Positions 36,564 to 49,109 are shown, counted from the stretch's first letter. The stretch: 64,000 bases of DNA from Azolla caroliniana (GCA_043228905.1 JBHGNT010000086.1:32171-96170), one strand, 5' to 3'. A program made the numbers and translations. The notes: generated by a model from the sequence alone, not told the origin.

Positions 36564-39050
36564 GTTATTTACACCATTCACACTTTGTCACATTCTCTAG
36601 AATACAAAGTGCAGTAAGTAACCATAATATTGCACTTGGAAAGGCAACACTACTAATAGTGACACAATATACATCAGACCTCGATCTAGAATACGAAGTG
36701 TCAAACGAGAAAATATTGCACTTAAAGAAGGCAAATGCTAATCATAACGGCGTTATGCATCATAATTATATCTAGAATGCAATGTATAAAAACAAAATAC
36801 TATTTCACTTTAAAAGGCAACATTAACAATGATGACGTTAGCCATTAACCATAGACAATGTAATAACATTACGGATCATGATTCCACTATAATGCTTCTT
36901 GGCATTCCATTGATGGATGTAGAGCGTCAACATAGCAACTATGTGATACCGAATGCACCGGAACCTTAATGATTTTATGATCTTTGTGTAGTTCATTAAA
37001 CAAAGTCATACATTATTGTCTAAGGATAAATGGCCTTCTACTTAGACAAATTCAGCTAACGAATTCTTAGTGTTTTTAAACATCATAGGCATGTCATACA
37101 TTAACATTCTGTAGTGGGGTTTTGAGTTATTCCAATAGACACATAAAGTTAGCACTAAAAAAAAAGATTTGCCTTGTCACTTTACATACCTACAAGATCG
37201 AGAGGAAGAAAAGTGGGGATGAGGAAGCACAAATCAAAGGCTACACATTCAGTTGGATGGTATCATACATTAAGTTGAACATGAACAAAGCAAAAAACGA
37301 CACAAAACTTATATTCCAAATGTTATAACAAAAAATAGGATAAACTCTGGAACTTAGATCCAAAATGATACAAGGGTAGGATAAATCTCAATTACATGTC
37401 AAATGACCATTCCCCAAATGATGAACACAATGACCATCCCCAAAAAACGACCAAGATCAAACCATAGAATGCAACAAAGAAAGAATGTAACATAAAACAA
37501 CTAAATTCCCTCATTTGAATGGAGTCAGATGCACATGTATGTGGGTCAATAGAAAAATGCTCATATTAAAGTTGACACATAACTATGTGTCATGCTAGAA
37601 TCATATATCCCTAAGTTATAGTAGACAATGATCGGCCTTTGTTGGTGACTTTACCCACGAATATTTGGCGATTTCCCTTGGCTTATGAATCTTGTCTTGC
37701 TCCTAGCACTCCTCTCATTGTTAGGCTCCCATTTTTTCATCATCTCTTCTCACTCCGACCACTTCCCTCACCCACATGCTTTCTTCTCACTCTTAACACT
37801 CCTCTTGCCCATAGGCTTTTTTCTCACTCCTAACACTCATCGCACCCTTGGCCCTAATCTTGTTCCTAAAACTCCTCTTGCCCTTAGCTTTCCTCTCACT
37901 TCTTGTCCCTAGCCTCTCTTCTAAGTTCTCACCATTAACTCGCGTTATAACACAACAATTCATTGATTAAATTATTAATTAAAATTAGCGAGGCCTCTCT
38001 CTTCCTTTTAATCCTTTATTTTCTCAACCCACAATAAAATACCCTTTTCATTTATAGTTCAAGTGATACTGTTTTCGGCTAGGCACGTACAAACAAAACT
38101 TATTACCAAAGAAAATAATTTCTTCCATGTGTGCAGGGGTGAAAGTTACAAGTTACAACCCACAATTTGATAGTTATACACTTCAACCAATTAAGCATTA
38201 GATTGCTTTTGTCCATTCTCCTCTTCCTATGCCAATAAACACCCATCATTAATAAGATAAGGGGCAAGGAAACAAGCACGCTTGGACAATACAATATGAG
38301 AGATAATTGTATGTTGCGTAGTGGAAGGACGAGTCAATGCTAAGAAATAATATATTAATTCTCGATCTCAATGAGATAATAAGAAGAAGGGCGGAGGCGT
38401 GATTATTCACCTCATAGGTGAGTCTCTTGTTCAAGTCCAAGATGGCCCTATTGCGCCAATGGGAATTAGGAGAAGCATCAAAACAATTCACATATGCTCG
38501 ACTTGGCCCAAGCACAACCTAAGTTAGTAGAGTGCAACCCTCACAAGTGGGTTGTTGCTCTTATGTAAGGGTTGGGTGCCTAAATGGCTAGGCAGTAATG
38601 GTAGTATCTCCTAAATCGCCTTAGCCTTCATTAAACTATCTATCTACACAGAGAGCCTCTGCTCATTCTCTCCTTTGTAGCGTGACGAGAGCAATTCCCT
38701 TTACAAGCTAGGAACGATAACGTTGTCACATTCCCCAGTCTAAATGGGAATCAGAACGGGGGGTGCGTGATGATCTACGAACGGATGAACCTCCCAAAGG
38801 TCATCAATCTGCGCGAGCTAAGAACACCAGATTATATATATATATATTGTAGAGGCAGAGAGACACACTTTGAACTAAAGTATGTGGTGTGGAGTGCAGG
38901 TACATAGTCCAGAATTCGACCGGGAGCGGGATCGGGGGGTTCCGAGGTAACGGGTGGTGGATAAGGGCGCCACGTGGCAGGGGCTGGGCTGGGCTATGTC
39001 GGACCACGTGGCATGTCATCTTCCCCAAAAGAGCTCTCTCAAAGAGAGAG
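36195..39050 (+). repeat. Copy 1 of a ~2.86-kb direct segmental duplication (TSC10-MsrA intergenic region)
   Basis: Colinear and highly similar to 49806-52683, from GAGATGTTGAAACC to CTCAAAGAGAGAG, with scattered SNPs and small indels. Confidence 0.95.
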
Positions 39051-39179
39051 GCTCGTGACTAACTGCTACCAAATATTAAAGAGGGCAAGTGAGGGAATCG
39101 CGGAGAGGGACGGTGCAGGTCACATCGCTGATGGCGCGTTCGATCTCCACCGTCAAAGATGGATAAAAAGCTGACAACG

Positions 39180-39350
39180 TCTGTCAGAAGGAGCCCGACT
39201 CTGCCACAGGGAGCCCGACTCTGTCAAAAAGGAGCCCCGTTGTCAGACAGCCTATGCAAGAGGGAGCCCGACTCTGTCAGAAGGAGGCCCGCTGTCAGAT
39301 CACATAAGTAAGAAGGAGCCCGACTCTGTCAAAAGGAGCCCGACTCTGTA
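39180..39350. repeat. Subterminal short tandem repeats of the MULE-like element
   Basis: GGAGCCCGACTCTG occurs about 5 times, plus degenerate copies. Confidence 0.85.
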
Positions 39351-39706
39351 GCAACAAACATCAAAAACTCCACAAAATGGTAAGTGTACAACAAATATTT
39401 TCCATGAAACTGACCATAAAATTTCTCAAAAAAACGTAAAGGTTCAAATAACAAGTCTTACATAAAATATTAAAATGTCAGATGTTGACAACCCTAAATT
39501 GAAATATACATATTAAGATTATGGCTCATGTCGGGATGATTGCAAGATGCAACCACAATTTTTACAACATGTAACATTTGAGTCCCTTGAAGTCAAGGTC
39601 AAGCCATCGCAACGCAAACACCGAACCTTCTCATGGTCAACCAATGGCAATCTCCTCCTAGCCCGACTAGCACCTCTTTGTAATTTTCCGGAGTGGGATT
39701 TGGAAG

Positions 39707-42700
39707 TGTTGGAGACAATGTCGTCAATGCGGAAGATCAAGAAGCATTCGATTCTTCTGAGTACCTGCGTATGAGAGATTGTAGGTCGTTGCACAGAGAG
39801 AGAGAGAGAGAGAGACACAAAAGAGTCTTTATTCCCAAAGCAAATAATACAACAACCAACCTTACAAAAAGGTTACTAGGTCAATATATATAGTGACCGA
39901 CTTAGGGCAACTACCCTTTATGCTAATTACATAAATGGCCAAAACGGGATAGTGTGAATACGTCCATTATACACATGTATTCGACACTCCCCCGTAATGG
40001 GCGTATACATGGGTTATCTAAGATTACAGGTATAGACTTAGGTTCTCGGACATATCAGCTTTGTTTGAGTCGGCAGGGTCCGAAGGCAGAAGACCGAACT
40101 GGTCGGGTCGGAACAGTTGAAGCCGATCATTAAGGAACTGATGTCGGTTGTCGGGAACCATCCTGCTCTGTGTCCGGCTCTAACCGGACTGGTTTGTCGT
40201 TACGCCCATCTGATGCCGAAGAGACCGAAAACGGTCTGCCGAAAGACACTTGGTCATTCCATCTGCGACATTGTCGGTTGTGGATATTTTCTCTAGACCG
40301 ATTTTCCCTGAAATGACGCAGTCCCGAACGAAGTGATATCGAACGTCGATATGTTTGGAGGCGTTGTGGTGAACCGGATTTTTCGACAAGGCAACAGCAC
40401 CTTGACTGTCGCTGTAGACAACTGGAGCCGAGTCATGTTCGACTTGTCGAAACGTGTGCGCCAGCCGACCGAGCCACAAAGCTTCTTTTGCTGCGTCGGA
40501 CGCAGCTACATATTCTGCTTCGGTCGTTGAGGTCGCTGTGCACTCCTGAAGTTTCGACTTCCACGAGATTGCTCCATTGCCGAATTTGAAGCAGTATCCG
40601 GTCGTTGATTTCCGACTGTCTATACAGCCGGCGAAATCCGAGTCGGTGTAACCGACTACGCCTGAGGTTCGGTTCGGACCGAAAAGAATGCCGTGATCTT
40701 TTGTGCCAGCCAGATATCTGAACACATGCTTGACTGCGTTCCAATGCGATCGGCCAGGATTGTGCATAAATCTGCTAACGACTCCTACGGCATGAGAGAT
40801 ATCAGGCCGTGTCGCGACCATTAGGTACATAAGGGAGCCGACTGCCGGTGCATACGGTACCGACTTCATATCTTCCCCCTCCGAACCGGATGTCGGGCAG
40901 TCTCGCTGAGAGAGCCGAAGATTCATAGGGAGCGGGGTTGAAGCAGATTTGGCTGATTGCATGTTGAAGCGTTCCAAGACACGTCCGATATAGTCGGTCT
41001 GAGACAAAAAAAGATGTCGTTTATCGCGATGCCGACTAATCTTCATGCCAAGGATGTGTCGTGCCGGACCGAGGTCCTTCATGGCAAACTTCAACCGCAG
41101 TTGCCGAACGAGATCGGCAAGTTCGCCCGCGTGGCGTCCAGAAATTAGCATGTCGTCCACGTAAATGATGAGGAAGATGGGTGATCCATCTTGAGCTGTA
41201 TTGGTGAAGAGACAATGGTCCTCATCGCTTTTGGAGAAGCCGATCGATTGGATGAAGTCGTCGAACTTCTTGTACCATTGTCGTGGTGCCTGTTTGAGGC
41301 CGTATAGACTCTTCCTGAGTCGGCAGACTAGATGTTCTTGGCCAGTTGCCACGAAGCCTTTTGGCTGCTCCATATAAATTTCCTCTTCAAGATCACCATG
41401 GAGGAAGGCTGTTTTGACATCTAGCTGAATCAGCTCCAAGTTGTCGGCTGCCACTACGCCGAGTAGGAAACGAAGGGTTGTCATTTTCACCACTGGTGAA
41501 AAAATCTCGTCGAAGTCGACGCCATATTCTTGTCGGAAGCCCTTCGCAACTAATCTGGCCTTGTACTTTGGGGTGGTCGAATCAGACGTCTCTTTTAGTC
41601 GATAAACCCACTTGCAAGGAAGAGCACGTCGGTTCCTAGGTAATTCGACCAGATCCCAAGTCTTGTTTGCCCGGATAGAGTGCATTTCCGACTCCATCGC
41701 CAGATGCCAGGTGGCTGAATCGACAGATGTCGATGCTTCTTCGTAAGACGTCGGTTCGCCGGCGTCGGTGAAGAAAATTCCAGGAGAATACCTCTCCGGA
41801 GGTTGCGACAGTCTCTCGGATCGTCGAGGTATGATTGGACTGGTCGCATCGGGTATCGAGGTCGGATGGTCCGAAACCGAATCATTCGGCTGTGCCGAGT
41901 CAGAGTCGTCCGAGTCGGTAGTGTAAGGTTCAGCTACCCGTGAAGCTGACCGTGTGTTGAGAGCGGGGCCTTCTTGAAGGGTCGGCACATCGGAAAATGT
42001 TACCCTTCGGACTTCGATCGGTTTTTCGACTGATGGATTCATAGCCGACTCGTTGAACACAACGTCCGAACTTCGAACGATTTGTCTGCGTTCGGGGTCC
42101 CAGAGTCGGTATCCCATTTCGCCGTCGGATCCATATCCAAGGAAAATGCATTTCCTGGACCGAGGTGCAAGTTTTCGGCGATCATCTTTCGGAATAAGGG
42201 CGTACGCCTCGCATCCGAAGATCCTCAGCTTGTCGTAATTCGGCTTACTGCCGATCCATAGTTCCTGAGGAATTTGAAGTCCTAGAGGTCTACTTGGCGA
42301 CATATTGATTATGTGTGCTGCCGTGAGTAGAGCCTCTGCCCAGAAGCCATCCGACAGTCCGGAGTGTTGGAGCATGGAAACTATCCGTTCTTGGATTGTC
42401 CGATTCATGCGTTCGGCAATCCCGTTTTGCTCCGGACTGTGTGGTGCCGTAAATTCACGTCGGATGCCGCGTTGTCGGCAGAATTTGACGAATTCTTCTG
42501 ATTTGAACTCTCCCCCATTGTCAGTCCGAAGGCATTTCAGCTTTCGGTCGGTTTGATTTTCTACCATAGCGAGCCAACCGGTGAAGATCGAGAAGACCCG
42601 ATCTTTAGTGCGAATTGGATAAGCCCACACCTTTCGAGTCGAATCGTCAATAAAAGTGACGAAGTAAGAGGCACCGCCGAGAGACTGATGCGGCATTGGG

Positions 42701-45157
42701 CCACAGACGTCCGAGTGGACCAAATCGAGAGGTCTCGTTTCTCTTGGTGCTGATGTCGGGTGTGATGCGGCTGCTTGTTTGCCATACTGGCAATGCTCGC
42801 AAAATTGATGGTCCGAGAAGGAGAGTTTGGGGATGTATCCGGCTCTAGATAGGTGCGTGATGCCGGCCTTGCTGAGGTGTCCCAGTCTTCGGTGCCATAA
42901 TGATGACACAGGAATATCCACCAAAAACAGGTTACCCTCTCTGAGTGTAACATGTAACGGATACAGGGAGTGTATCTTAGGTCCTCTAGCAAGCAGGAGG
43001 TTCCCCCTGTGGAGTGTCCACCCTCCCGAAGAAAAACCGGCACGAATGCCGTCTTCATCTAGTTGTCCGACTGAGATCAATGGCCTTGAGAGCTCGGGTA
43101 CATGTCGGACATTGTGGAGTACAAGTGTAGAGCCACCTGCAAGGTTGAGCTCTACTGTGCCGATTCCGATGATGTCACAGTGTTGTGAGTTGCCGACCCG
43201 AACTGAGTCGGAGTGACGGATCGTATATTGCCGAAATTGGGATCGATGAGGAGTCACGTGAAAGGACGCGCCCGAATCTAAGAGCCATGTGCTCGATTCT
43301 TCAGTCGTGAGTAGAACTTCTGATCCGACTGGATTTTCGATTGATAGTATATTCGGGTCGTCCGGTAGTACATCAGCTGAGAAGCTGACGTAATTGATCT
43401 CCTCATGCCGGCCACTCTTCTTGTTGTTCTTGTTCTTGAGTGCGCGGCAGTCGGCTTTGATGTGTCCGGGTTTCTTGCAATAGTTGCAGATTCGGTTATC
43501 CCGTGACTGGCTCCGTCTTCGCTGATTGTTCGGCGGCCGTGAGGAATCTCTTCCTCGTATGTTCGATCGGTCTGTCGAACCTTGTACTACATAAGCGTCG
43601 TCTGTTGAGTCTTTGGCGAAAGACTTTCTCCGAGCTGCTTCGGTCAGGATTGCGCTCGTGACTTCGGAGTATTTAACAGCCGTGATTGACGCGTTGCACA
43701 CGGTTGTGACGAAAGTTTCCCATGATGAGGGAAGGCTGCTCATGAGTATCATTGCTCTGAGTTCATCCTCGATTGCCGTCCCCTGTGACGAGATTTGGGA
43801 GCTTATGCTTTCGTACTCATTGAGGTGTGCTTGAACCGAGTCGGATTCTTTCATCCGCAAGTTGTAGAGGCGCCGGATCAGAAACATCTTCGTTGCGGCG
43901 ACCTTCTTTTCGTAAGTGTCCGACAGTGTTTTCCACAGTTCGAATGCTGTCGTACACGATTGCACCGTAAAGTATACCGATTCCGATAGGTGCATCCGAA
44001 TCGTGGCGCGGACGATTCTGTCCAGCTTCTGCCACTCAATTGGTTTGTATCCTTCTGGAGGTTCTTCATTTTCGATGGGATCGATTTGTCCCTTGACTAT
44101 GAGATAGTCCTGCATTTGCTCCTTCCAGAAGTTGAAGTTCGATCCATCGAACTTTCGTAGACTCATTTCTGACGAGCCGGAAGTTGATGCCATCAAATTC
44201 GGTTTCGGTTGACGAAGCTCGGTTCGGAGTTGACTACGAACCTTGTTGGAGTGCAGCCGGTTGGCTCACCCGATATCGTTCTAGTCGGATTTGAACCCGA
44301 GTCGGTTCGGCTTCGGAACTTGCTCGAATTGACTTCGGTAGCTTGAGGGACAGAACCGACTGGTCTTCCCGAGTGTTGCCGAGTCGGAGTGAGCCCGGTT
44401 CGCTTCGGATATATGTGCCGAATACCGATTATTGAAACCGATTATCTGGACCGATTCTGCTTCGGGTGGCTGCAGCGACGAGAGAGACAGATCCAACTGA
44501 TCCTCTCGAATGTCGATCAGCCGGATGAAGCACGAATTGGGGTTGTTGTCTTGAGACCGATCTGCACCGAGTGGTTACAACGAGCAGCGTTTGATTACCT
44601 CTTCGGATGCCGTTTAACCGAGTGGAGCACGATCGTGTCGATGTTGCACAAGGGGATTTCACCTCGAGCGGTTACGATCACGGAGAACAGAGTACAACCT
44701 GCTGGCTTACTCCAAGCGAAGATGATCTAACGCGATGAGATGCAAACCTGGTTTTTTTTTTTTTTTTCTTCTTCTCTCTTTTTCGAATGACGCAGGAAAC
44801 CGAATGCTGTGCAGGCTGAGACGACGGCCGACAGCGGGATGAAGGACCGAGTACTGTGCAGGCTCTGATACCAGATGTTGGAGACAATGTCGTCAATGCG
44901 GAAGATCAAGAAGCATTCGATTCTTCTGAGTACCTGTGTATGAGAGATTGTAGGTCGTTGCACAGAGAGAGAGAGAGAGAGAGAGACACAAAAGAGTCTT
45001 TATTCCCAAAGCAAATAATACAACAACCAACCTTACAAAAAGGTTACTAGGTCAATATATATAGTGACCGACTTAGGGCAACTACCCTTTATGCTAATTA
45101 CATAAATGGCCAAAACGGGATAGTGTGAATACGTCCATTATACACATGTATTCGACA
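39707..45157 (-). mobile_element. Full-length intact Ty1/copia retrotransposon (Tnt1/Tork-like)
   Basis: LTRs 44876-45157 and 39707-39986 (TG...CA) differ by one substitution and one AG unit. 5-bp TSD GGAAG (39702-39706, 45158-45162). iMet PBS TGGTATCAGAGCC at 44873-44861. PPT ...ACGGGGGAG at 39995-39987. Confidence 0.97.
40180..44196 (-). CDS. Copia Gag-Pol polyprotein (Gag, PR, IN, RT, RNase H), 1338 aa
   Basis: Single ORF with CNYCKKPGHIKADC, WLLDSGAS, WHRRLGH/CEHC, FIDD...RTDNGGEF...AERMNRT, YKARLVAKG, IYVDD and YTDSDFAG...EAEY...ADGMTK. Confidence 0.97.
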   Translation of the reverse strand: MMASTSGSSEMSLRKFDGSNFNFWKEQMQDYLIVKGQIDPIENEEPPEGYKPIEWQKLDRIVRATIRMHLSESVYFTVQSCTTAFELWKTLSDTYEKKVAATKMFLIRRLYNLRMKESDSVQAHLNEYESISSQISSQGTAIEDELRAMILMSSLPSSWETFVTTVCNASITAVKYSEVTSAILTEAARRKSFAKDSTDDAYVVQGSTDRSNIRGRDSSRPPNNQRRRSQSRDNRICNYCKKPGHIKADCRALKNKNNKKSGRHEEINYVSFSADVLPDDPNILSIENPVGSEVLLTTEESSTWLLDSGASFHVTPHRSQFRQYTIRHSDSVRVGNSQHCDIIGIGTVELNLAGGSTLVLHNVRHVPELSRPLISVGQLDEDGIRAGFSSGGWTLHRGNLLLARGPKIHSLYPLHVTLREGNLFLVDIPVSSLWHRRLGHLSKAGITHLSRAGYIPKLSFSDHQFCEHCQYGKQAAASHPTSAPRETRPLDLVHSDVCGPMPHQSLGGASYFVTFIDDSTRKVWAYPIRTKDRVFSIFTGWLAMVENQTDRKLKCLRTDNGGEFKSEEFVKFCRQRGIRREFTAPHSPEQNGIAERMNRTIQERIVSMLQHSGLSDGFWAEALLTAAHIINMSPSRPLGLQIPQELWIGSKPNYDKLRIFGCEAYALIPKDDRRKLAPRSRKCIFLGYGSDGEMGYRLWDPERRQIVRSSDVVFNESAMNPSVEKPIEVRRVTFSDVPTLQEGPALNTRSASRVAEPYTTDSDDSDSAQPNDSVSDHPTSIPDATSPIIPRRSERLSQPPERYSPGIFFTDAGEPTSYEEASTSVDSATWHLAMESEMHSIRANKTWDLVELPRNRRALPCKWVYRLKETSDSTTPKYKARLVAKGFRQEYGVDFDEIFSPVVKMTTLRFLLGVVAADNLELIQLDVKTAFLHGDLEEEIYMEQPKGFVATGQEHLVCRLRKSLYGLKQAPRQWYKKFDDFIQSIGFSKSDEDHCLFTNTAQDGSPIFLIIYVDDMLISGRHAGELADLVRQLRLKFAMKDLGPARHILGMKISRHRDKRHLFLSQTDYIGRVLERFNMQSAKSASTPLPMNLRLSQRDCPTSGSEGEDMKSVPYAPAVGSLMYLMVATRPDISHAVGVVSRFMHNPGRSHWNAVKHVFRYLAGTKDHGILFGPNRTSGVVGYTDSDFAGCIDSRKSTTGYCFKFGNGAISWKSKLQECTATSTTEAEYVAASDAAKEALWLGRLAHTFRQVEHDSAPVVYSDSQGAVALSKNPVHHNASKHIDVRYHFVRDCVISGKIGLEKISTTDNVADGMTKCLSADRFRSLRHQMGVTTNQSG

Positions 45158-46112
45158 GGAAGTGTTTGGGGAGCTGCCAATAAGTTCTTGCGAGATGTCT
45201 ATTGTTGCACGAGATGTCTATTGTTGCTGCCAATAAGTTCTTGCGAGATGTCTATTTTCGACATACCTTTCCAATATTCTCTCTGCTTCTTTAAGTCGAG
45301 ACCTTTGATCCCTACAATTCGCACGAGGTGCAAACCGACCACTCTCACATATTTCTTGTCGTTGCTTGTACCACTCTATTACCTTTCCTCCTATGCAAGT
45401 GCCAGTTTCACTGTCCCCGATTAAGACATGTAGAAGGTCGGTAATTGATCGGTTTATTCTTCCCCTCAAGGCAGTATACTTGATAAACTGCCAATGTCTT
45501 TCCACAATATTGGTAGTGTCAACATGTCCATAATTGAACATTCTACCAAACTTGGGCCAGAGTTTCCTCCACACACATGTCAAACCACAAATGTGTTTGG
45601 GACCGTTGCCCATTTACAACAATCCAAGATTGACGGTCTGTTGCAACCACATTAGTTATGGCATTATATGACGTCCAACATTTATCGATCACTATCGCAT
45701 TTGGCCTCACCGTGGGCATCCTTGCGAATATGACTCTCAAACAAGTTTCTAATGCCACTTGCTCATGGTTTGACCCCTTATCAGAACTACAAAGCATGTA
45801 CCATAATGGGATCCCAATTCCCATGGCATTGGGGGCAACTGCGGCATATAATGGTAGCCCAAATTGGTTTGTTTTAAATGTCGAGTCGATTGCCCAAGAG
45901 TTGTTTAGGGTCAACCGCTCACACATTTCCAACATCCATTGATCTTGAAGTATCAAGATAAATGGTTGTATGGCGGGAGATCCTGGTTCACCATGCAGGT
46001 AGGGTTGAACATGTGCCACTTTCCCAAGATCTCGGAGTGCATAAGCATGATGCAAGATCAAAGCCCAATCAACCTTAGTCATGGCACTCCCGATTTTTAA
46101 CCTTAGTCATAA

Positions 46113-46352
46113 GATTGACATTGAGTCTTATTATGTCTTTGAAATGGATTGACATTGAGTCTTATTTATGTCTTTGAAATGGATTGACATTGAGTCTTAT
46201 TTATGTCTTTGAAATGGATTGACATTGAGTCTTATTTATGTCTTTGAAATGGAATGACATTGAGTCTTATTATGTCTTATTATGTCTTTGAATTGGATTG
46301 ACATTGAGTCTTATTATGTCTTTGAAATGGATTGACATTATGTCTTACTATG
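46113..46352. repeat. Tandem array, 34-35-bp unit, about 6.5 copies
   Basis: GATTGACATTGAGTCTTATTTATGTCTTTGAAATG units start at 46113, 46147, 46182, 46217, 46252, 46296 and 46330. Confidence 0.9.
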
Positions 46353-46485
46353 TATTCTTTACGTAAGGACCGAAGCACTCTTTCTATATACTTACTCTTT
46401 ATTGGCCTTTCTCAAAAACCATTGCCTTCACTACTTGTCAATAAGCTATTAGTCTTATTCTTTTGACACCCAAAACAATTCCAAT

Positions 46486-46845
46486 ATACAACCAAAATGA
46501 TTTTCATATACAACCAAAATGAGATTCATACACAACCAAAATGAGATTCATATACAACCAAAATGCGATTCAAAAATTGATTCATATTCAACCAAGATGA
46601 GATTCATATACAACCAAAATGAGATTCAAAAATTGATTCATATTCAACCAAGATGAGATTCATATACAACCAAAATGATTTACATTGAGTCATATACAAC
46701 CAAAATGATTTACATTGAGTCATCTACAACCAAAATGATTTACATTGAGTCATCTACAACCAAAATGATTTACATTGAGTCATCTACAACCAAAATGAGA
46801 TTCATATACAACCAAAATGATTTACATTGAGTCATATACAACCAT
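46486..46845. repeat. Tandem array of 22-30-bp units containing CAACCAAAATGA
   Basis: More than 10 CAACCAA(A/G)ATG cores; later units also contain CATTGAGTC. Confidence 0.9.
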
Positions 46846-46865
46846 TGCAAAATGACTCCACGTAG

Positions 46866-48883
46866 TCATATGCCCAAAGTCCTTCGTGCCCATTTTGCCA
46901 TGATTTTCCGAAGGAGCTCCACGTCTTCGAATCCAAACCATTGCTCCTTACCCTACAATTGAAGATGCCATCAACAAAAACAAAAACAAATGCTCAAATT
47001 CAAATCTCATAAATACTTACAAATTGATCGGACTCAAATCCTTGAATCAACTCCTCGACCAACATGCGAATAGTTTGTATCATGTAATACCCACAATCGG
47101 TCCCATTAGGTTGGGTTGGGATACGCAATTCATGGAATTGCCCGTTGTTGATGATGCAATGGTCATGTGTCCGACTCGAGATATGTCGTATAGCCAAATC
47201 ACCCAATGTCCGCACCCTGGTAGTCGGATGAATATTTAGTGGATCACAAAATATAATTGGGCTCCTCACCTTGGCATCGAGACCCGTAGGAGTTTGTCGC
47301 ATCTTCAACCAAAGCACCCAATGCCCTGCGTTCAATATTGGAATGAAGACATAATCCCTTTCAGGAACACGAGTGAGTACGTCTTTGACCTTATCGCCTT
47401 GGCCTTCTAGTTGTACCCATAGCGGATCCACAATATGAAACCGCTTGTTGATCTCGGGGGGCAGCGAGTACTCCATCCATAAATGGAAGAGGGTTATCAT
47501 CCATGTGGATGCCATCTCCCCTACTGTGATCAACGAACATAGTTGTATCTCCAACAAGAAGACCGCTACATCCAGTCGTCGGCATGCCACCTGATACCTG
47601 TTTATTAGGCTAGATTAGTAACTACTAAACAAACATGATGTTAACTATTGATATCATGCCCCCAGCATAACAACATACCTGGTGAACTTATTTCTTGCAG
47701 AGTTATCCCATGTTTTCGAGATTGTCCCTGGACCAACAAAGACAATCCCAATGTCTGCATCCTCATGTGTGTCAGATGATGTAATGAACTCCGAATTACA
47801 TGGGTCCACTTCTTTCCTGCGGATTTGGATTTTCGGCCTCCTTGCTTGTTGCATTGTCGATTCTGACTGTTGGTCTTGACCACCATCGATCTCGACATGT
47901 GCCTCATCCTTTGGTATGGGAATTCCATGACTCTTACACTACAATTCATACATAAGATTCACACATAATCATAAGTTTTAAACTCACATAAGATGCACAC
48001 AAAATCATAAACCATACTTACATAATCTTTAGACGCATCCGCAATCTTCAACCTCACTTTTGCCATCCTATGCTCCTTTCCCTCGTCATACCTGGCCATT
48101 TGTTGGCTAACGAATTGAGCAATGAAATCAGCCTCCTTGCATGTTCGAAGTGAGTCCGGAGTGGCTTTGAAGATTTTTATTGCTCTTGTCCTCAACTTCC
48201 TCATGTGTGATTGGCGTGATCTATTATACTTGAGCTCCGGATCCAAAAAACGATTTATTGATCGTTGTCTTTCGTATTCGCTGAAGAATGATGTGGCTGT
48301 ACTCCTCATGGAGGTCGATTGCTCTTCTTCGTCTATCTTTAGCCCCGGAGGCAGTATTACATGGATGCCATGTGCCTTCTGTAAATGGGCCTCCATGTCC
48401 GCTTTTTTTCGAAACCATCTCCCCTCTTTTCTACACGAATCTCCCACAATACAGGTGCGACATTTGATACCTGTTGAGTCTCTTCCACACTTGAAGAGGG
48501 ACATAGGGTCCACTACAACAATGGTGTCACATTTGCATTAGAAAAACCCAAAATATGCTTACATCAATAATGATTATAAGAATGGACATAAACTCACCAT
48601 TTACTTTGATATCTTCAACACCTGGACCCACGTCATGCATGGGGTTCGTATCCATGCTCGAGTCTTGAGTAATGATGTTTTCAGCCTTCGTATCATTGGA
48701 TTTGGGGCACCTAACACCCTTTCTTACATAAACCCTAAACCAACATTCAAGTTAGCACACAAACATTATTATTTATACACAATATAAAGTAGAGAAATGA
48801 TTCATGCCATACCTCCCTTCATAGGGTATTGTTTCACCCCAATCTGCATCAAAGTCTATGAAGATCTTGGACCGACTAGCCAT
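46866..48883 (-). CDS. Transposon-borne protein with a C2H2-like zinc finger and a C-terminal Ulp1/C48 (SUMO-protease-like) domain; 6 exons, 532 aa
   Basis: Exons 48883-48813, 48710-48598, 48512-48022, 47938-47679, 47597-47021, 46952-46866 are all GT-AG and sum to 1599 nt in one open frame. Motifs CRTC...C...F...HLQKAH; triad GHW / FCD / QPNGTDCG; C-terminal WFGFEDVELLR. Confidence 0.82.
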
Positions 48884-49109
48884 CTGTACAAAACATTTTT
48901 AGAAAGGCATTCATTACATTACTATTATTTAGGGAGAAAAAACGCAAAGAATGTATACAAGATTTTAGATTTTACATTCAAATGTGGGCATAAAAAAGAG
49001 CCCAATAATGCATGAATCACATGGGCAAATTCAAGCATTCAAATGTTGGCATTTAAATGACATTCAAATGTTGGCATTTAAATGACATTCAAATGTTGGC
49101 AAAATCAAA

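Larger units (their letters stand above)
39519..46082 (-). pseudogene. MULE-type DDE transposase remnant, internally deleted/frameshifted and split by the copia
   Basis: Motifs PFILILQDQWM...WAIDSTFKTNQFGLPLY...IVIDK (45543-46082) and HVDTTNIVERHWQFIK (45218-45613). The frame continues across the copia site (GSSPNTS|KSHSGK) to a C-terminal CLRC...CKNC. Confidence 0.75.

Noticed and set aside
46113-46845. Regularly spaced ~35-bp repeats resembling a CRISPR array
   Set aside because: The units are head-to-tail with no unique spacers, there are no cas genes, and the context is a eukaryotic transposon.
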